Shown: positions 1-10,938, numbered from the stretch's first letter. The stretch is DNA of 64,000 bases from Alphaproteobacteria bacterium (GCA_964291215.2 OZ219791.1:2336001-2400000); one strand, 5' to 3'. Notes: generated by a model not told the origin, from the letters alone. Numbers and translations are program-made.

Positions 1-1313
1 CCGCGTTGTCTTGTCGTCTGTGGCTGAAGGCCGTTGCCCGGCCTTCTCGACAGTGATCTCGTAGTGCCGGGCGACGGTAGAGAAGCGCTGCTTGAGACCG
101 CTCTCCGGCACCTTGTCGTGGCGCCGGCCTTTGGCCGAGAGGTGGAGCTTTGCCGCCTCGAAGCCCTGCGGCTAGGAATGGCGTCCTCGGCCCTCTTCCT
201 GCTCTCCACGCCGCGCCATCCTCGCTGGCAAGGCGCCTGCATCTCGTGGTTGGTGATCAGCCTTGGGCTCACCCTCGGGCGGCCTGGCGCCACAGCTGAC
301 CGCGATCCAGCCGTGCTCGCCACGCGATGTTCGCCTCGGTGCCGGCGTCCATGACTACCGTCGGCTTCGCCGCCCGCCTCCAGCCTCGACAGCGCATCCG
401 TGCCCGGTCACGTTGCCCCGCAAGACCTCGCAACTGCGCGGAAAGCCCGCGCCGCGCAAGCGTGGGGCAATCATTGCGCTTCTGCTTCGAGCGCCCGAAG
501 CGGAGAAGCTTGCCGTCGGCGCGGCCGTGAACATTGGTGAGATCGTAAAAGGCGATGGTGTCGGGGATGCAGCGCGCGCTCGCGGTTGAACAGCTCCTGG
601 CGGCCCGGTGACGCAGGTCGCCGATGCGGTACAACGACTTGCGCGCCTTGCGCTCCAGATCCGGAAGCTCCGCGGTCGCGCTGTCATGGCGCAGCCAGCG
701 CTCGCTGGCGGATCATCCTGGCGACGATCAGCGCACTCGCGATGCTGAGGTCGTGAAGCCGAGATCGTGCCTCGAGGCACAGGCAGCCGACCGAGCGCGG
801 GTTCTCGAGGCTGTCGAGGTTGACGGTCGCAATTTGCGTGCGTCTTCCTCCGGAGCGTCGGCGCGGAACCTCCGGGCCCCTGTTGACGATGTCCTGCGGC
901 CTGCACGCGGCTTCGAACAGCGGCCGTGGAGCAGCGCTTCGGCGGCAACCTCCTTCCAGTTCTTGCGCGCCACCGGACAGTCGGTGCCGAGGCAGGGTGC
1001 GCTGCCTGACCTTGTCGCCGATGCGCTGAGAAAGCACGAGCCGGTGGACGGGTTTGCCGTCTGCGGTGCTGCGGGTTTTGGTTGCCCTGATGAACATGTT
1101 GTCTGGAGCCTTTTGTATTGACGAGGCTCCGGATATACCGGGTTTGGCGGCGGGGTCGAGCGAATCGGCAACATTCTGGCACTACAGTGGCCATCCTAGG
1201 CAGGGAATCGCAAATACCGTGGGGAACCGGAAAATATACCCCAACATATGGTGTCTCTGACGGGGTGCCGCATAAATTTCGCCTTCAACTGACGCAAAAA
1301 GTGCCAACTTGGG
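1..1313 (-). mobile_element. Degenerate IS1634-family element (runs off the left edge of the window)
   Basis: Fragmented transposase starting MFIRATKTRS...HRLVLSQRIGDKVRQRTL; near-identical inverted copy at 16846-18160; end sequence GCAAAAAGTGCCAACTTGG at ~1294-1312 matches the TIR at 16846 and 19907. Confidence 0.8.
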
Positions 1314-2100
1314 GGAAGAAGGGTGCCGACCAAGCATTCCGCAACGATGTCGGTCTCTCTTGGCAGCCCGGAGACATGCTGCCGGACTTCGAATCGTCGT
1401 AGGACGACAGGAACTCTGAGCCGTCAGAACTCACCGCGCAAACCATAGCCGCGGTATGGAAGGCCTGCTGATCCGGAAGATACCGGTACTCGGGCCCGAC
1501 GGGACAGGCTCGCCGCGCCATGCAGCCGCGCAGACGGCAGTTTTCTCCCTCGTCGCTCCCCACGTGAGTGACGCAGGAAACCGCATCGAACCGATCCGGC
1601 AGAAAGGCATCCGCCGGGCATACAGTCAGGCATGGTCTCCGCACGCAACTGTCACACGGGCTCGCAAGGAACTCGCACTCTGGAAGTTCGACTCGTTCCC
1701 GAAACAATAGCGCCGCCCGATAGACGTGCCACAATCCGAAATCCGGGTGGATCAGTATGCCGATCGGTGATCGGTGGACAGGTTCCGCCCTCATGGCCCA
1801 GTCCTGGAGCGGCGGATAAGACGGCCCGTCCTCTGGAAAAATCACACCATCGGCGCCGACCTCCCGGGCGGCTTCCCTGATCTTCGGGCGAATCCACCGG
1901 TTGAGGGGATGGGCTATGGCCATATCGGCACCGGCGGTAAACGAGTGCCAGAGATCCGGTCCGGCATTGCCGACGAGCACTAGCGTTCCTGCGGACGTGC
2001 CATCCTCTAGATCCGGCACGAGGTCCGACTCCTCGGGATAAAAGCCACCGCGGACGCAGAGTCCATCAGGCCTGAGCATGTCGTCCAATACGTCCAGCAT
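1285..2100 (-). CDS. 4Fe-4S ferredoxin-like protein (distant QueG-like fold); C-terminus reads on into the IS1634 end
   Basis: MLDVLDDMLRPDGL...LVLVGNAG...SPIGILIHPDFGLWHVYRAAL...PCDSCVRRPCLTVCP...GCMARRACPVG; start set at ATG 2100. Confidence 0.75.
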   Translation of the reverse strand: MLDVLDDMLRPDGLCVRGGFYPEESDLVPDLEDGTSAGTLVLVGNAGPDLWHSFTAGADMAIAHPLNRWIRPKIREAAREVGADGVIFPEDGPSYPPLQDWAMRAEPVHRSPIGILIHPDFGLWHVYRAALLFRERVELPECEFLASPCDSCVRRPCLTVCPADAFLPDRFDAVSCVTHVGSDEGENCRLRGCMARRACPVGPEYRYLPDQQAFHTAAMVCAVSSDGSEFLSSYDDSKSGSMSPGCQERPTSLRNAWSAPFFPQVGTFCVS

Positions 2101-2200
2101 CCGTTCCCGACCGGGGGGCGGCAGCCCTCCATGAGCCGCCAGACCCGGATTTGTCCCCTGGAAATTTTTGTCCGGCGCAACAATGCGGTACTCTTCCGGA

Positions 2201-3016
2201 ATGCTCAAGCGCACCATCCAGTCATCCGGCGAGGAAATAGGTGTTGTCGGGGTCGGAACCTGGAATGGATTCGATGTCGGCGGCGACGCAGCGCAGCGGT
2301 GCAGACTACAGGACGTGCTGACGGTCCTGTTCGACGGGAGCGCCAACGTCATTGATTCGTCTCCGATGTACGGGCGGGCGGAGGGCGTAACCGGCGACCT
2401 CCTCGCCGAGACAGGACGTCGCGGATCGGCCTTCGTCGCGACCAAGGTCTGGACACGCGGCGGATCCGAGGGAATCCGACAGATGGAGGAATCTCTTTCC
2501 CTCCTCCGCACCGATACGATCGACCTGATGCAGATCCATAACCTTGTCGACTGGCGCATCCATATCCGGACACTGCGCCGGTGGAGGGAGGAGGGACGGG
2601 TACGCCACATCGGCTATACCCATTACCGGCCGCATGCCTTCACCGACCTCATGAAGGCGGCGCGGGTGGAACCCGTGGACTTTCTCCAGTTCTGTCATTC
2701 CATCGACGAACCTGCTGCTGAAAACAAACTGCTACCGTTCTGCGCGGACAAGGGGATTGCGACGCTGATCAATCGCCCCTTCGGCGGCGGATCCCTGCTG
2801 TCTCGACTTGCCACCCGACCCCTGCCGGGACTGGCAGAGGATCTGGGATGCCGGACCTGGGCGCAGTTTTGCCTCAAATACGTGATTTCGCATCCGGCCG
2901 TCACATGCGCCATTCCCGGTACCAGCAACCCGTCGCACATGGCCGACCTGCTTGCCGCTGCTGCCGGGCCAATGCCGGACGAAGCGACGCGTCGCCGGAT
3001 GGCGGCAATTGTCTGA
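2201..3016 (+). CDS. Aldo/keto reductase
   Basis: VGVGTW, IDSSPMYGRAE, FVATKV, DTIDLMQIHN, AIPGTSNPSH motifs. Confidence 0.9.
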   Translation: MLKRTIQSSGEEIGVVGVGTWNGFDVGGDAAQRCRLQDVLTVLFDGSANVIDSSPMYGRAEGVTGDLLAETGRRGSAFVATKVWTRGGSEGIRQMEESLSLLRTDTIDLMQIHNLVDWRIHIRTLRRWREEGRVRHIGYTHYRPHAFTDLMKAARVEPVDFLQFCHSIDEPAAENKLLPFCADKGIATLINRPFGGGSLLSRLATRPLPGLAEDLGCRTWAQFCLKYVISHPAVTCAIPGTSNPSHMADLLAAAAGPMPDEATRRRMAAIV

Positions 3017-3052
3017 CTGTGGAGGCCGGCCGATGCCGCACAGGCTGCAGAG

Positions 3053-3520
3053 TTACTCCCGACGCTCGTCGAGGACGTCGAGGATCGCGTCAACGATTCC
3101 GACATATCCGGTGCACCGGCACAGGTTTCCGGCAAGCTCGAGCCGCACCCGCGCCTCGTCGGCATCGGGCAACCGCAGGACGATGTCGCGCGCCGCCACG
3201 AGCATGCCCGGCGTGCAGTAACCGCACTGCAGCGCGTGGTTTTCATGGAAGGCCTTTCGGAGCTGCGCCATCGCCTCGTCGTCGTCGAAACCCTCAATGG
3301 TGGTTATCTCGGCACTGTCGGCCACGACTGCAAAGGTGATGCAGGAACGGATGGGCTCGCCGTCCATGAGAACCGTGCACGCTCCACAAACGCCGTGTTC
3401 GCAGCCCAGATGGGTGCCGGTCAGGCGCCGGTGGTCCCGAATGAAGTCCGCGAGCGACAGGCGCGGTTCCACGTCTGCAGAAACGGTTTCGCCGTTTATC
3501 GTCAGCGCCAGTCGAGTCAT
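3053..3520 (-). CDS. (2Fe-2S)-binding small subunit of xanthine dehydrogenase/CoxS family
   Basis: GCEHGVCGACTV and QCGYCTPG...NLCRCTGY motifs; overlaps the stop of the FAD subunit. Confidence 0.92.
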   Translation of the reverse strand: MTRLALTINGETVSADVEPRLSLADFIRDHRRLTGTHLGCEHGVCGACTVLMDGEPIRSCITFAVVADSAEITTIEGFDDDEAMAQLRKAFHENHALQCGYCTPGMLVAARDIVLRLPDADEARVRLELAGNLCRCTGYVGIVDAILDVLDERRE

Positions 3521-4332
3521 GCGAAGGCTCTCCCGATGGCGCGGCTCAACGCCACGGCATGGATCTGCAATTCGTAATCGTCGAATCCGGGATCGAGTGC
3601 GGCGAGAATTTTCCGCCCATCCGGAATCGAAAGCTCGCGGGCGCCGCCGACAAGCCTTTCCTCGACCGCCGTAATACGGAACGGCGCCGCACCGGTAGCT
3701 CCGCATACAGCCCGCGGCTCGGACCCGACGGTTATCGCACCGATGGCATCGGCGAACTCGCCCGGCTTGCGGCAGACCTTGTAGTATCCCCAGGGAGTCT
3801 CGCTTCCTAGTTGCGGAATCTCGACCCCAACGATTATCTCATCGTAACCGAGGGCCGTCGTGAAGGGCCCGGTCTGGAACCCGTCGAGCGACAGCTTCCG
3901 TTCCCCGGCAGCGCCGACGGCAACGATGTTGCCCCCGATCGCAAGGAGTGCCGACGGCCAGTCGGCCGACGGGTCGGCGTGCGCAAGCGACCCGCCTATG
4001 GTGCCCCGATTGCGGACCGACCGGTAGGAGATACCGGCAGCCACCGATCGCATGTAGAGCCCGGTCGGGCCGGGCACCGCACCATCCTCTATCCTGGCAT
4101 GGGTTACTCGCGCCCCAATTCGTATTTGGCCGCCCTCGGTTTCGACTCCGTCGAGTCCCCCAACCCTGCCGAGATCGACCAGCCTGTCGGGCTGGGCCAG
4201 ACGCAGGTTCATCATCGGTCCAAGGGACTGTCCGCCCCCGAGAACGCGAACCTCACTGTCAGGACTGACCAGCATCCGCAGTGCGTCGTGAAGCGACGAT
4301 ACGCGGTCGTATTCGAATTTTGCAGGCTTCAT
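3517..4332 (-). CDS. FAD-binding medium subunit (CoxM-like)
   Basis: MKPAKFEY, GGGQSLGPMMNLR, RNRGTIGGSLAHADP. Confidence 0.92.
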   Translation of the reverse strand: MKPAKFEYDRVSSLHDALRMLVSPDSEVRVLGGGQSLGPMMNLRLAQPDRLVDLGRVGGLDGVETEGGQIRIGARVTHARIEDGAVPGPTGLYMRSVAAGISYRSVRNRGTIGGSLAHADPSADWPSALLAIGGNIVAVGAAGERKLSLDGFQTGPFTTALGYDEIIVGVEIPQLGSETPWGYYKVCRKPGEFADAIGAITVGSEPRAVCGATGAAPFRITAVEERLVGGARELSIPDGRKILAALDPGFDDYELQIHAVALSRAIGRAFA

Positions 4333-6692
4333 GCCCCGCTCCCTTGAGCTTCCGACTCGCGCAACGCGGCAAGAACCCGTTGCGGCGTGAACGGTGTCTG
4401 CCTGACCTCGCCGCTGACGGAACTCAATGCATCGTTGATGGCATTGCCTATCGCCGCCGGGGTCGGAATCGTGCCGCCTTCGCCCATGCCCTTGATTCCG
4501 AATTCGGTGAAGGGCGACGGCGTCTCCGTGTGCGTGATCCGATAGCGCGGCGCTTCGCCGGTTCCGGGCATCATATAGTCGGCAAAGGTGGACGCCAGTG
4601 GTTGGCCAGATTCGTCATAACCCGATTCCTCGAGAAGTGCAGTCCCGATTCCCTGGGTCGCACCGCCAAAGGTCTGGGCCTCGACAATCATCGGATTGAC
4701 CATCGTCCCGCAGTCCTCGACGATGGCGTAGTCGAGCACATCGACTTGGCCGGTATCCGGATCGACGCCAACCACGCAGGCATGCGTCGCGTAGGTGAAG
4801 GCCCCGGAATCGGGCTCCGGGCGATAGCCCATTGTAACTTCGACGCCGCCCTGGTCGACATCGTCGGGAAGCTCGTCGGGATTGAGGTACCAGACACGGC
4901 CGATTTCAGCAAAAGACACTTCGCCCCGGCCACTTACGATCTTGCCGTCCCTCACTTGAGCTTCGCTGCGTTCGCACTGCATGAGGTGGGCACCGATCAG
5001 TTCCATCCGTTCTGCCAGCACCCGACAGGCACGTGCCGTCGCGCCCCCAGCCATGACCATGCTCCGGGATGCGTAGGTGCCCGTCGAGTACGGGGTAAGT
5101 CCGGTGTCTCCGTGTGTCACGGAGACATTCGCGGGATCGATGCCAAGGATTTCATGGGCCATCTGCGCCATGGTTGTTTCCATGCCCTGGCCATGGCTCT
5201 GGACGCCGAGGCGCAATTCAAGACCGCCATCCGGGGTAAGGCGGACCGTCGCCTGTTCATATCCCGGAACCATCGAGACACCCCAGCTCGCGAAGACCGA
5301 TGTGCCGTGGGCGGTCTGTTCCACGTACGATCCGAACCCGACGCCGATGAGCCTCCCGTCCGGCTGCCGTTCCTTCTGCCGCCTTCGAACATCCTCGAGC
5401 CCGATCAACTCGGCGGCCTTGTACACCGCAGCGGCATAGTCGCCGCTGTCGAACTGTTTCTTGGCGATCGACATGAACGGCATGGCGTCCGGCCTCACCA
5501 TGTTCATGGCCCGGATCTCGTGGGGCTCGCACCCGACCTCCCGCGCCAGAGCGTCGACGGTCATCTCGACCGCATAGCACACGCCGGGGCGGGCAACGCC
5601 ACGATAGGGCATCAGGGGCGGTTTGTTGGTTGTCATCGTGCGGGTCCGGCACCGATACGCTTCGATGTCGTAGGGCCCCGGAAGGTTGCCGTGCGCCATC
5701 GCGCCCTCGAGCCCGTTGGTAAACGGATAGGCCGAATAGGCCCCGGCATCGACCGTCACGTCGCAATCGAGCCCGAGGATCCGGCCCGCCGGCGTCGCGT
5801 GAACGGTCACGAAATAGTGGTGCTCACGGCAGTTGGCGCCGGCCACCAGATGCTCGCGCCTGTCCTCGACCCAGCGCACGGGTCGCCCCAGGTGCCGCGT
5901 CAGCCATCCGGCAACCACCTCTTCGGGCTGGAGGAGCGCCTTGTAACCGAAACCGCCTCCGACATCAGGCGCAATGACCCGCACTTGGCGCTGTTCAAGA
6001 TCGAGAAACTCGGCCAGTCCGTTGCGGATCAGGTGCGGAACCTGCGTCGCCGTCCACATCACGAGCTGGTCGGTGCGGTCATCCCATTCGGCGAAGACGG
6101 CCTTCCCTTCCATCGGATTCATGGCCTGGCGCGCCATGCGGTATTCGCGCCTGACGACAACGGTCGCCCGATCGGCGATCTTGCCGAAATCGTCGTCGGT
6201 GAAGGTCTCCATGACGATATTGTCGTTCCAGTCCTCGTGGATCAGCGGCGCGTCCTCAGCTGTGGCGGCAAGCATGTCGGTGATTGCGGGCAGGCCTTCG
6301 TATTCGATTTCGACCAGCGCTGCGATGTCCTCGGCCTCGGCTCGGCTGTCGGCGACACAGACCGCGACCGGTTCTCCGACGAAACGGACCCTGTTGATGG
6401 CGAGTGCGGGGTAATCCGCCGACTTGTAGCCCGGGAGGCTGGACGGCGCGCGCATCGGGCGCATGCCAGCCATGTCGGAGGCTGCAAATACCGCGTGTTC
6501 CAGACCTGACGGCTTGCCAATGGAGAGGATACGCGCATGCGCGGCCGAACTCCGGACAAAGGCAAGTTCCTTCTGTCCGGGACGCTGGAAATCGGCTGTG
6601 AACTTGCCGGCGCCGCGAAGGTGCCGGGCGTCTTCCTTGCGAAGCACCCGGGCGCCAATGCCCTTACTTCCGGATGTGCCACCGTCCGCCAT
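4329..6692 (-). CDS. Molybdopterin-binding large subunit, xanthine dehydrogenase family (CoxL-like, not form I CODH)
   Basis: 787 aa; PDVGGGFG, QSHGQG, TYASRS, GIKGMGEGG; active-site loop PYRGVARP. Confidence 0.92.
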   Translation of the reverse strand: MADGGTSGSKGIGARVLRKEDARHLRGAGKFTADFQRPGQKELAFVRSSAAHARILSIGKPSGLEHAVFAASDMAGMRPMRAPSSLPGYKSADYPALAINRVRFVGEPVAVCVADSRAEAEDIAALVEIEYEGLPAITDMLAATAEDAPLIHEDWNDNIVMETFTDDDFGKIADRATVVVRREYRMARQAMNPMEGKAVFAEWDDRTDQLVMWTATQVPHLIRNGLAEFLDLEQRQVRVIAPDVGGGFGYKALLQPEEVVAGWLTRHLGRPVRWVEDRREHLVAGANCREHHYFVTVHATPAGRILGLDCDVTVDAGAYSAYPFTNGLEGAMAHGNLPGPYDIEAYRCRTRTMTTNKPPLMPYRGVARPGVCYAVEMTVDALAREVGCEPHEIRAMNMVRPDAMPFMSIAKKQFDSGDYAAAVYKAAELIGLEDVRRRQKERQPDGRLIGVGFGSYVEQTAHGTSVFASWGVSMVPGYEQATVRLTPDGGLELRLGVQSHGQGMETTMAQMAHEILGIDPANVSVTHGDTGLTPYSTGTYASRSMVMAGGATARACRVLAERMELIGAHLMQCERSEAQVRDGKIVSGRGEVSFAEIGRVWYLNPDELPDDVDQGGVEVTMGYRPEPDSGAFTYATHACVVGVDPDTGQVDVLDYAIVEDCGTMVNPMIVEAQTFGGATQGIGTALLEESGYDESGQPLASTFADYMMPGTGEAPRYRITHTETPSPFTEFGIKGMGEGGTIPTPAAIGNAINDALSSVSGEVRQTPFTPQRVLAALRESEAQGSGA

Positions 6693-6695
6693 GAT

Positions 6696-7223
6696 TCAAA
6701 CCTCTCGAGTCTGCACTACCGGCATCAACGCACGAAACGGTATCAACATCGAGAGGGCAAGCGCAAGCTTGACTGCATAGTCTCCGAGTCCCAGCGTTAC
6801 CCACGGCACTTCCGTGCCGGCGAAGGCGATCGAAAAGAACAGCGCCGTATCTACCGCCGACGCGATGAGCGACGACACGAGCGGCGGCATCCACCATCTG
6901 TCCAAGTGCCGGAAGCGATCGAAGATGCGCACATCGAGCAGCTGTGCCGCGAGAAACGCGAGACCGGAGGCAGCCGCGATTCGCGGAGTGGCAAGCACGG
7001 CCGAGAGCACGACCGCAAGGGCGAACCCGACATAGACCACCTGCCGCGCACGCCGTGGACCGAAAGCCCGATTGGTCAGGTCGGTCACGAGGAACGCTGC
7101 CGGATATGAGAAGGCGCCCCAGGTAAGCCAGCTGTTGATCTGGTACTGCACCAGGACATTGGAGCAGGCAACGACGCCTACCATGGCGACGATGCCGACC
7201 GCCATCCCCCGCGGCATATGCAT
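6696..7223 (-). CDS. yhhQ: Queuosine precursor transporter (VUT/YhhQ family)
   Basis: Hydrophobic; SNVLVQY, LTWGAFSYP, FLVTDLTNR, AQLLDV, VDTALFFSIAF; near que genes. Confidence 0.8.
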   Translation of the reverse strand: MHMPRGMAVGIVAMVGVVACSNVLVQYQINSWLTWGAFSYPAAFLVTDLTNRAFGPRRARQVVYVGFALAVVLSAVLATPRIAAASGLAFLAAQLLDVRIFDRFRHLDRWWMPPLVSSLIASAVDTALFFSIAFAGTEVPWVTLGLGDYAVKLALALSMLIPFRALMPVVQTREV

Positions 7224-7237
7224 GTCTTCGCCGGTCT

Positions 7238-7585
7238 TCAGAGAATGACCAGCACGTTCTCGGGCGGGCGCCCAAGGGCGAACTTCCCGGCATTCTCAAC
7301 CACCGGGCGCTCGATGAGTATGGGGTTCTCTACCAGAGCTTTGATCAGCGCATCCCTGCCGAGGCTCTCCTTGTCGAGGTCAAGCTCCCGGTACGGCGCT
7401 TCCTTCCTGCGCATGAGATCGTGCGGCTCCAGCCCGAGCCCGTCGAGAATTCTGGCGATTTCCGGGGCGCTGGGCGGCGTCTTCAGATATTCGATCACCT
7501 CGGGCTTGATGCCCTTTTCCTTGAGAAGGTTCAGTGTCGCCCGCGATTTCGAACAGCGCGGGTTGTGATAGATCCTGACAGACAT
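7238..7585 (-). CDS. arsC: Arsenate reductase (glutaredoxin), ArsC family
   Basis: IYHNPRCSKSR...PILIERPVV...GRPPE. Confidence 0.9.
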   Translation of the reverse strand: MSVRIYHNPRCSKSRATLNLLKEKGIKPEVIEYLKTPPSAPEIARILDGLGLEPHDLMRRKEAPYRELDLDKESLGRDALIKALVENPILIERPVVENAGKFALGRPPENVLVIL

Positions 7586-7725
7586 GGGGGATCACTCCTG
7601 CAACGCGACAGCGTCAATTGATGCCGACGGGGCCGCCGAAAGTCAACAGGATCCGCCTTCCGCACGTTGAACCGAAACCCAAGAACCTTGCCCTGGATCA
7701 GTGGTGCAAGGCCGCTCGCCCGGCG

Positions 7726-8700
7726 TCATTCCTCAACAAGCGCCGCCGCACGGCGAACGAGACCGCTGTCGGCGCCGGGGTCACGCGCCCCCTCACCGAC
7801 CATGCGCCGCCAAGCTCGCGCTCCGCGCTTGCCACGAAACAGTCCCAGCGTGTGCCGGGTCATTGCGGGAAGCGGTACGCCATCCGCGAGTTCCTGCTCG
7901 ATATAGGTTACATAGCCCTCAAGGGCAATGTGACGCGAATCCGGCGCCGGACCGCCGAATATCTCCGTCTCGACGCTGGCCAGGAACCACGGATTCTCGT
8001 AGGCCGCCCGTCCGATCATGACGCCGTCGACATGGCGGAGGTGCTCGTGCACCTCGTCGATCCGGGTTATTCCGCCGTTGATGATCACCGTCAGTTCCGG
8101 GAATTCTGATTTTAGCCGATAGACGGTGTCGTAGCACAGCGGCGGAATCTCCCGGTTTTCCTTGGGGCTGAGCCCCTGCAGCCATGCCTTGCGCGCATGA
8201 ACGATGAAAACCCGGCAGCCGCCCGCAGCCACGGTGTCCACGAACCCGCGGAAATGCTCCCACGAATCGTTGTCGTCGACGCCGATTCGGGTCTTGACGG
8301 TAACCGGTATATCCACCGCCGACCGCATGACGCGGACGCAAGCCGAGACGAGGCCCGGCTCGTTCATCAGACAGGCGCCGAAACGTGCGTTCTGTACGCG
8401 GTCGCTGGGACAGCCCACATTGAGGTTGACCTCGTCATATCCCCGGGCCACAGCCATCTCCGCGCACCGGGCAAGATCCTCGGGGTCGGCGCCGCCAAGC
8501 TGCAGAGCTACCGGCTTCTCGGCTTCGTTGAAGCGCAGGCATCTCGACCGGTCGCCGTGCAGCAAGGCCCCGGTGGTCGTCATCTCGCTATACAGCAGGA
8601 CCGACGGCGAGATCTGGCGAAGAAAGAAACGGTCATGACGGTCCGTGCGATCCATCATCGGCGCAACGGAAACGCGACGGTCGGTCTCTGGGCAAGGCAT
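7726..8700 (-). CDS. dusA: tRNA-dihydrouridine synthase A
   Basis: SVAPMMDRTDRH, NLNVGCPSDRVQ, HARKAWLQGLSPKENREIPPL. Confidence 0.95.
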   Translation of the reverse strand: MPCPETDRRVSVAPMMDRTDRHDRFFLRQISPSVLLYSEMTTTGALLHGDRSRCLRFNEAEKPVALQLGGADPEDLARCAEMAVARGYDEVNLNVGCPSDRVQNARFGACLMNEPGLVSACVRVMRSAVDIPVTVKTRIGVDDNDSWEHFRGFVDTVAAGGCRVFIVHARKAWLQGLSPKENREIPPLCYDTVYRLKSEFPELTVIINGGITRIDEVHEHLRHVDGVMIGRAAYENPWFLASVETEIFGGPAPDSRHIALEGYVTYIEQELADGVPLPAMTRHTLGLFRGKRGARAWRRMVGEGARDPGADSGLVRRAAALVEE

Positions 8701-8899
8701 GCCGGTGTCCTCGACAGAACGGCGGATCGCACGGACAACGATTTGATCCGATCCGGGAAAAAGTCAACCGAGAACCGCAAAAAGACGCATCATGTCCCGC
8801 CTGACCGCCACCCGGCAGATAGGAGAACCACTCGACCGCGCGGCATTGGATGCCGACATGGCGGCCGGGGCCCGTCTCCCGGCAACCTGCCGTGCAGAC

Positions 8900-9608
8900 T
8901 CAGCCGCTGTTTCTCAGACCGGCGGAGATCCCGTTGATGGTAAGCAACAGGCCGCGCAGGACATTCGGATCATCCGGCTGTTCGCGGTACGCCTTCAGCA
9001 GTTCGATCTGCATGTGATTCAGCGGATCGATATATGCGAGGCGGTTGTGGAGCGACAGCGTCAGCAGGAGGCTGCTTGCAAGCAACCGGTCGGTCTTTGA
9101 TATCTCCAGAAGGGCCTGAACCGTCTCCGTTCTCTCGTCGTCAATACGGGAGAAGATCAGGTCGCGAAGTGCCGGGTCGGGAACGAGCGTCACGTAGCGC
9201 GACGCGATCGCCATGTTGGTCTTGGAGAGGACCATGTCCATGTTCGACAGCAAGGTGCGGAAGAACGGCCATTCCCGGTACATCTCGCGCAGAAGCGCGA
9301 TACCGCTGGCGCCGTCTTCGGCAAACCAGCGGGACACGGCGGTCCCGAATCCGAACCATCCGGGCAGCATGACGCGGCACTGGGACCAGTTGAACACCCA
9401 CGGAATCGCGCGCAGGTCCCTGATCTGGCCGCCGGCTTTCCTCGATGCCGGTCGAGAGCCGATGTTCAGCCTCGCGATCTCATTGACCACGGTCGACGCA
9501 CGAAAGAACTCGACGAAGCCCGGCGTGTCGTGAACGAGGCCGCAGTAGCCTGCGTAGGCGTATTCCGAAAGGCCGTCCATTGCGTCGACATAGGAATCCG
9601 GAACCTTA
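8900..9608 (-). pseudogene. ppc: Phosphoenolpyruvate carboxylase, 3' remnant (~235 codons)
   Basis: [38 protein letters not shown]-terminal signature; cut by an IS end at 9609. Confidence 0.9.
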
Positions 9609-10766
9609 GGGATATCGCCAAAATCAATTGATTGTTATGTCCGTGGTGTGAGGGTGTAGTTCCACTCGCCGTGGAACGGGTCTCTGCGGATGGCGAGGCC
9701 GTCCATCTGATCGTCGTTGACCTTGACCCCGAGCGGATAGCTGTTCTCGTCGAGGTGCGAGCGTATGGTGAGGCCGGTGGTGGTCGCGGCGATCAGCTTG
9801 ACGATCACCTGATAGCTGACGAGGGGCCGGCCGCGCCAGTTCCGGGTGATATGGCAGAACATCCGGTGCTCGATCTTGTTCCACTTTCCGGGCGGGAAGC
9901 GGGCCACCGACACCTTCAACCCGAGTTCGTCGGCGAGGTGCTGCAGCTTCCACAGCCGGTTGCGGCTGCTTTTGGAGCCGTCGGCGGTGATCAGCAGGCA
10001 TCGGGATAGAGCGGCCGGCCCATCTGCCGCCACCAGCGGCCTCGACCGCGAACGCCGCCGTGTCGTGCCCGACGCTGACCCGGCCGGCGTTGGCGGTGAG
10101 ATCGTAGACCCCGCAGGGGATCCGAGCTCCGGATCGGGGAAGTCACGCACGTTGACGGCTTCAGGGTCGCCCTCGGGGCCCGGCCGCCATTGCGGTACTG
10201 GATTTCCTTCTTCTTCGTGTCACCACAGGCTGGCCCAGCCTCCGGAACGCGCGCACCCGGCGCGTCGGAACTGCGGTCCGGATGCTGGCGGCCTTCCAGC
10301 GTCTTGCGATTGGCCTGGAGGCTGTACCCCGGATCGTGGAGCAGCCGGTTCACCGTGCGCTCGCTGACGCCCTCGACCGCAAGACGGTCCGCCAGCGGCA
10401 CTGTGACACCGCAGCGAACTCTCCGGATCGCCGCGCGTCATCGGTTCAAGCTCGCGCCGCCACCAACTCCGGATCCGTCACCCGCTTGCGCCCGCCGCCG
10501 GGGCGACGCAAACGTCCTGAAGGAATCTCACTCGAAGACTCCGAATCAAGCTCCTCCGGCGTGAACGGTGCCCATCCCCGTCGCCTCGGCCACTCGCCTC
10601 CGCGCCCGATAACACGGGCATCCGTCGCCGCCCACAGGCGCCGCGCACGTTCGTTCAGAACCGGACGCAACACCACAAATTTGGATCGCAGCGTATCGAC
10701 TATCGCTTCCATGACATCATCGACAGCAGATCCACACCAAAAAACAAACTAATTTGGCGAGAGACA
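9609..10766 (-). mobile_element. Degenerate ISAzo13-family element
   Basis: Fragments LNERARRLWAA, YSLQANRKT, KWNKIEHRMFCHITRNWRGRPL, FHGEWNY; imperfect TIRs (TCGCCAAA core); TTA on both flanks; many frameshifts. Confidence 0.85.
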
Positions 10767-10938
10767 TTACGGTAGTGCGGCGTACTTCCTCGATCAGCGC
10801 GAAGGTCAGCTCGCTTTCCTGAACGCGAATCGTCTCGCCGAGAAGCCGTCCCAGATGCCGGACCTGATCGCCGAAAATCCCGTCATCCCCGTCGAGATCC
10901 ACCGGATCTTCGGGAAATACATCCAGCACAGTTTCCAT
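10767..10938 (-). pseudogene. ppc: Phosphoenolpyruvate carboxylase, 5' remnant (~57 codons)
   Basis: DQVRHLGRLLGETIRVQE...FALIEEVRR is typical of the PEPC N-terminus; same strand as the 3' remnant. Confidence 0.75.

Noticed and set aside
4281-6509. 742-aa + strand ORF (likewise 11089-12447, 53682-56369, 57000-58991)
   Set aside because: Antisense shadows of well-supported genes in high-GC DNA, with no motifs
3053-6692. Aerobic CO dehydrogenase (coxLMS)
   Set aside because: Lacks the AYxCSFR motif and cox accessory genes
7726-8800. dusA-associated integrative island
   Set aside because: dusA is intact, with no adjacent integrase or duplicated 5' end
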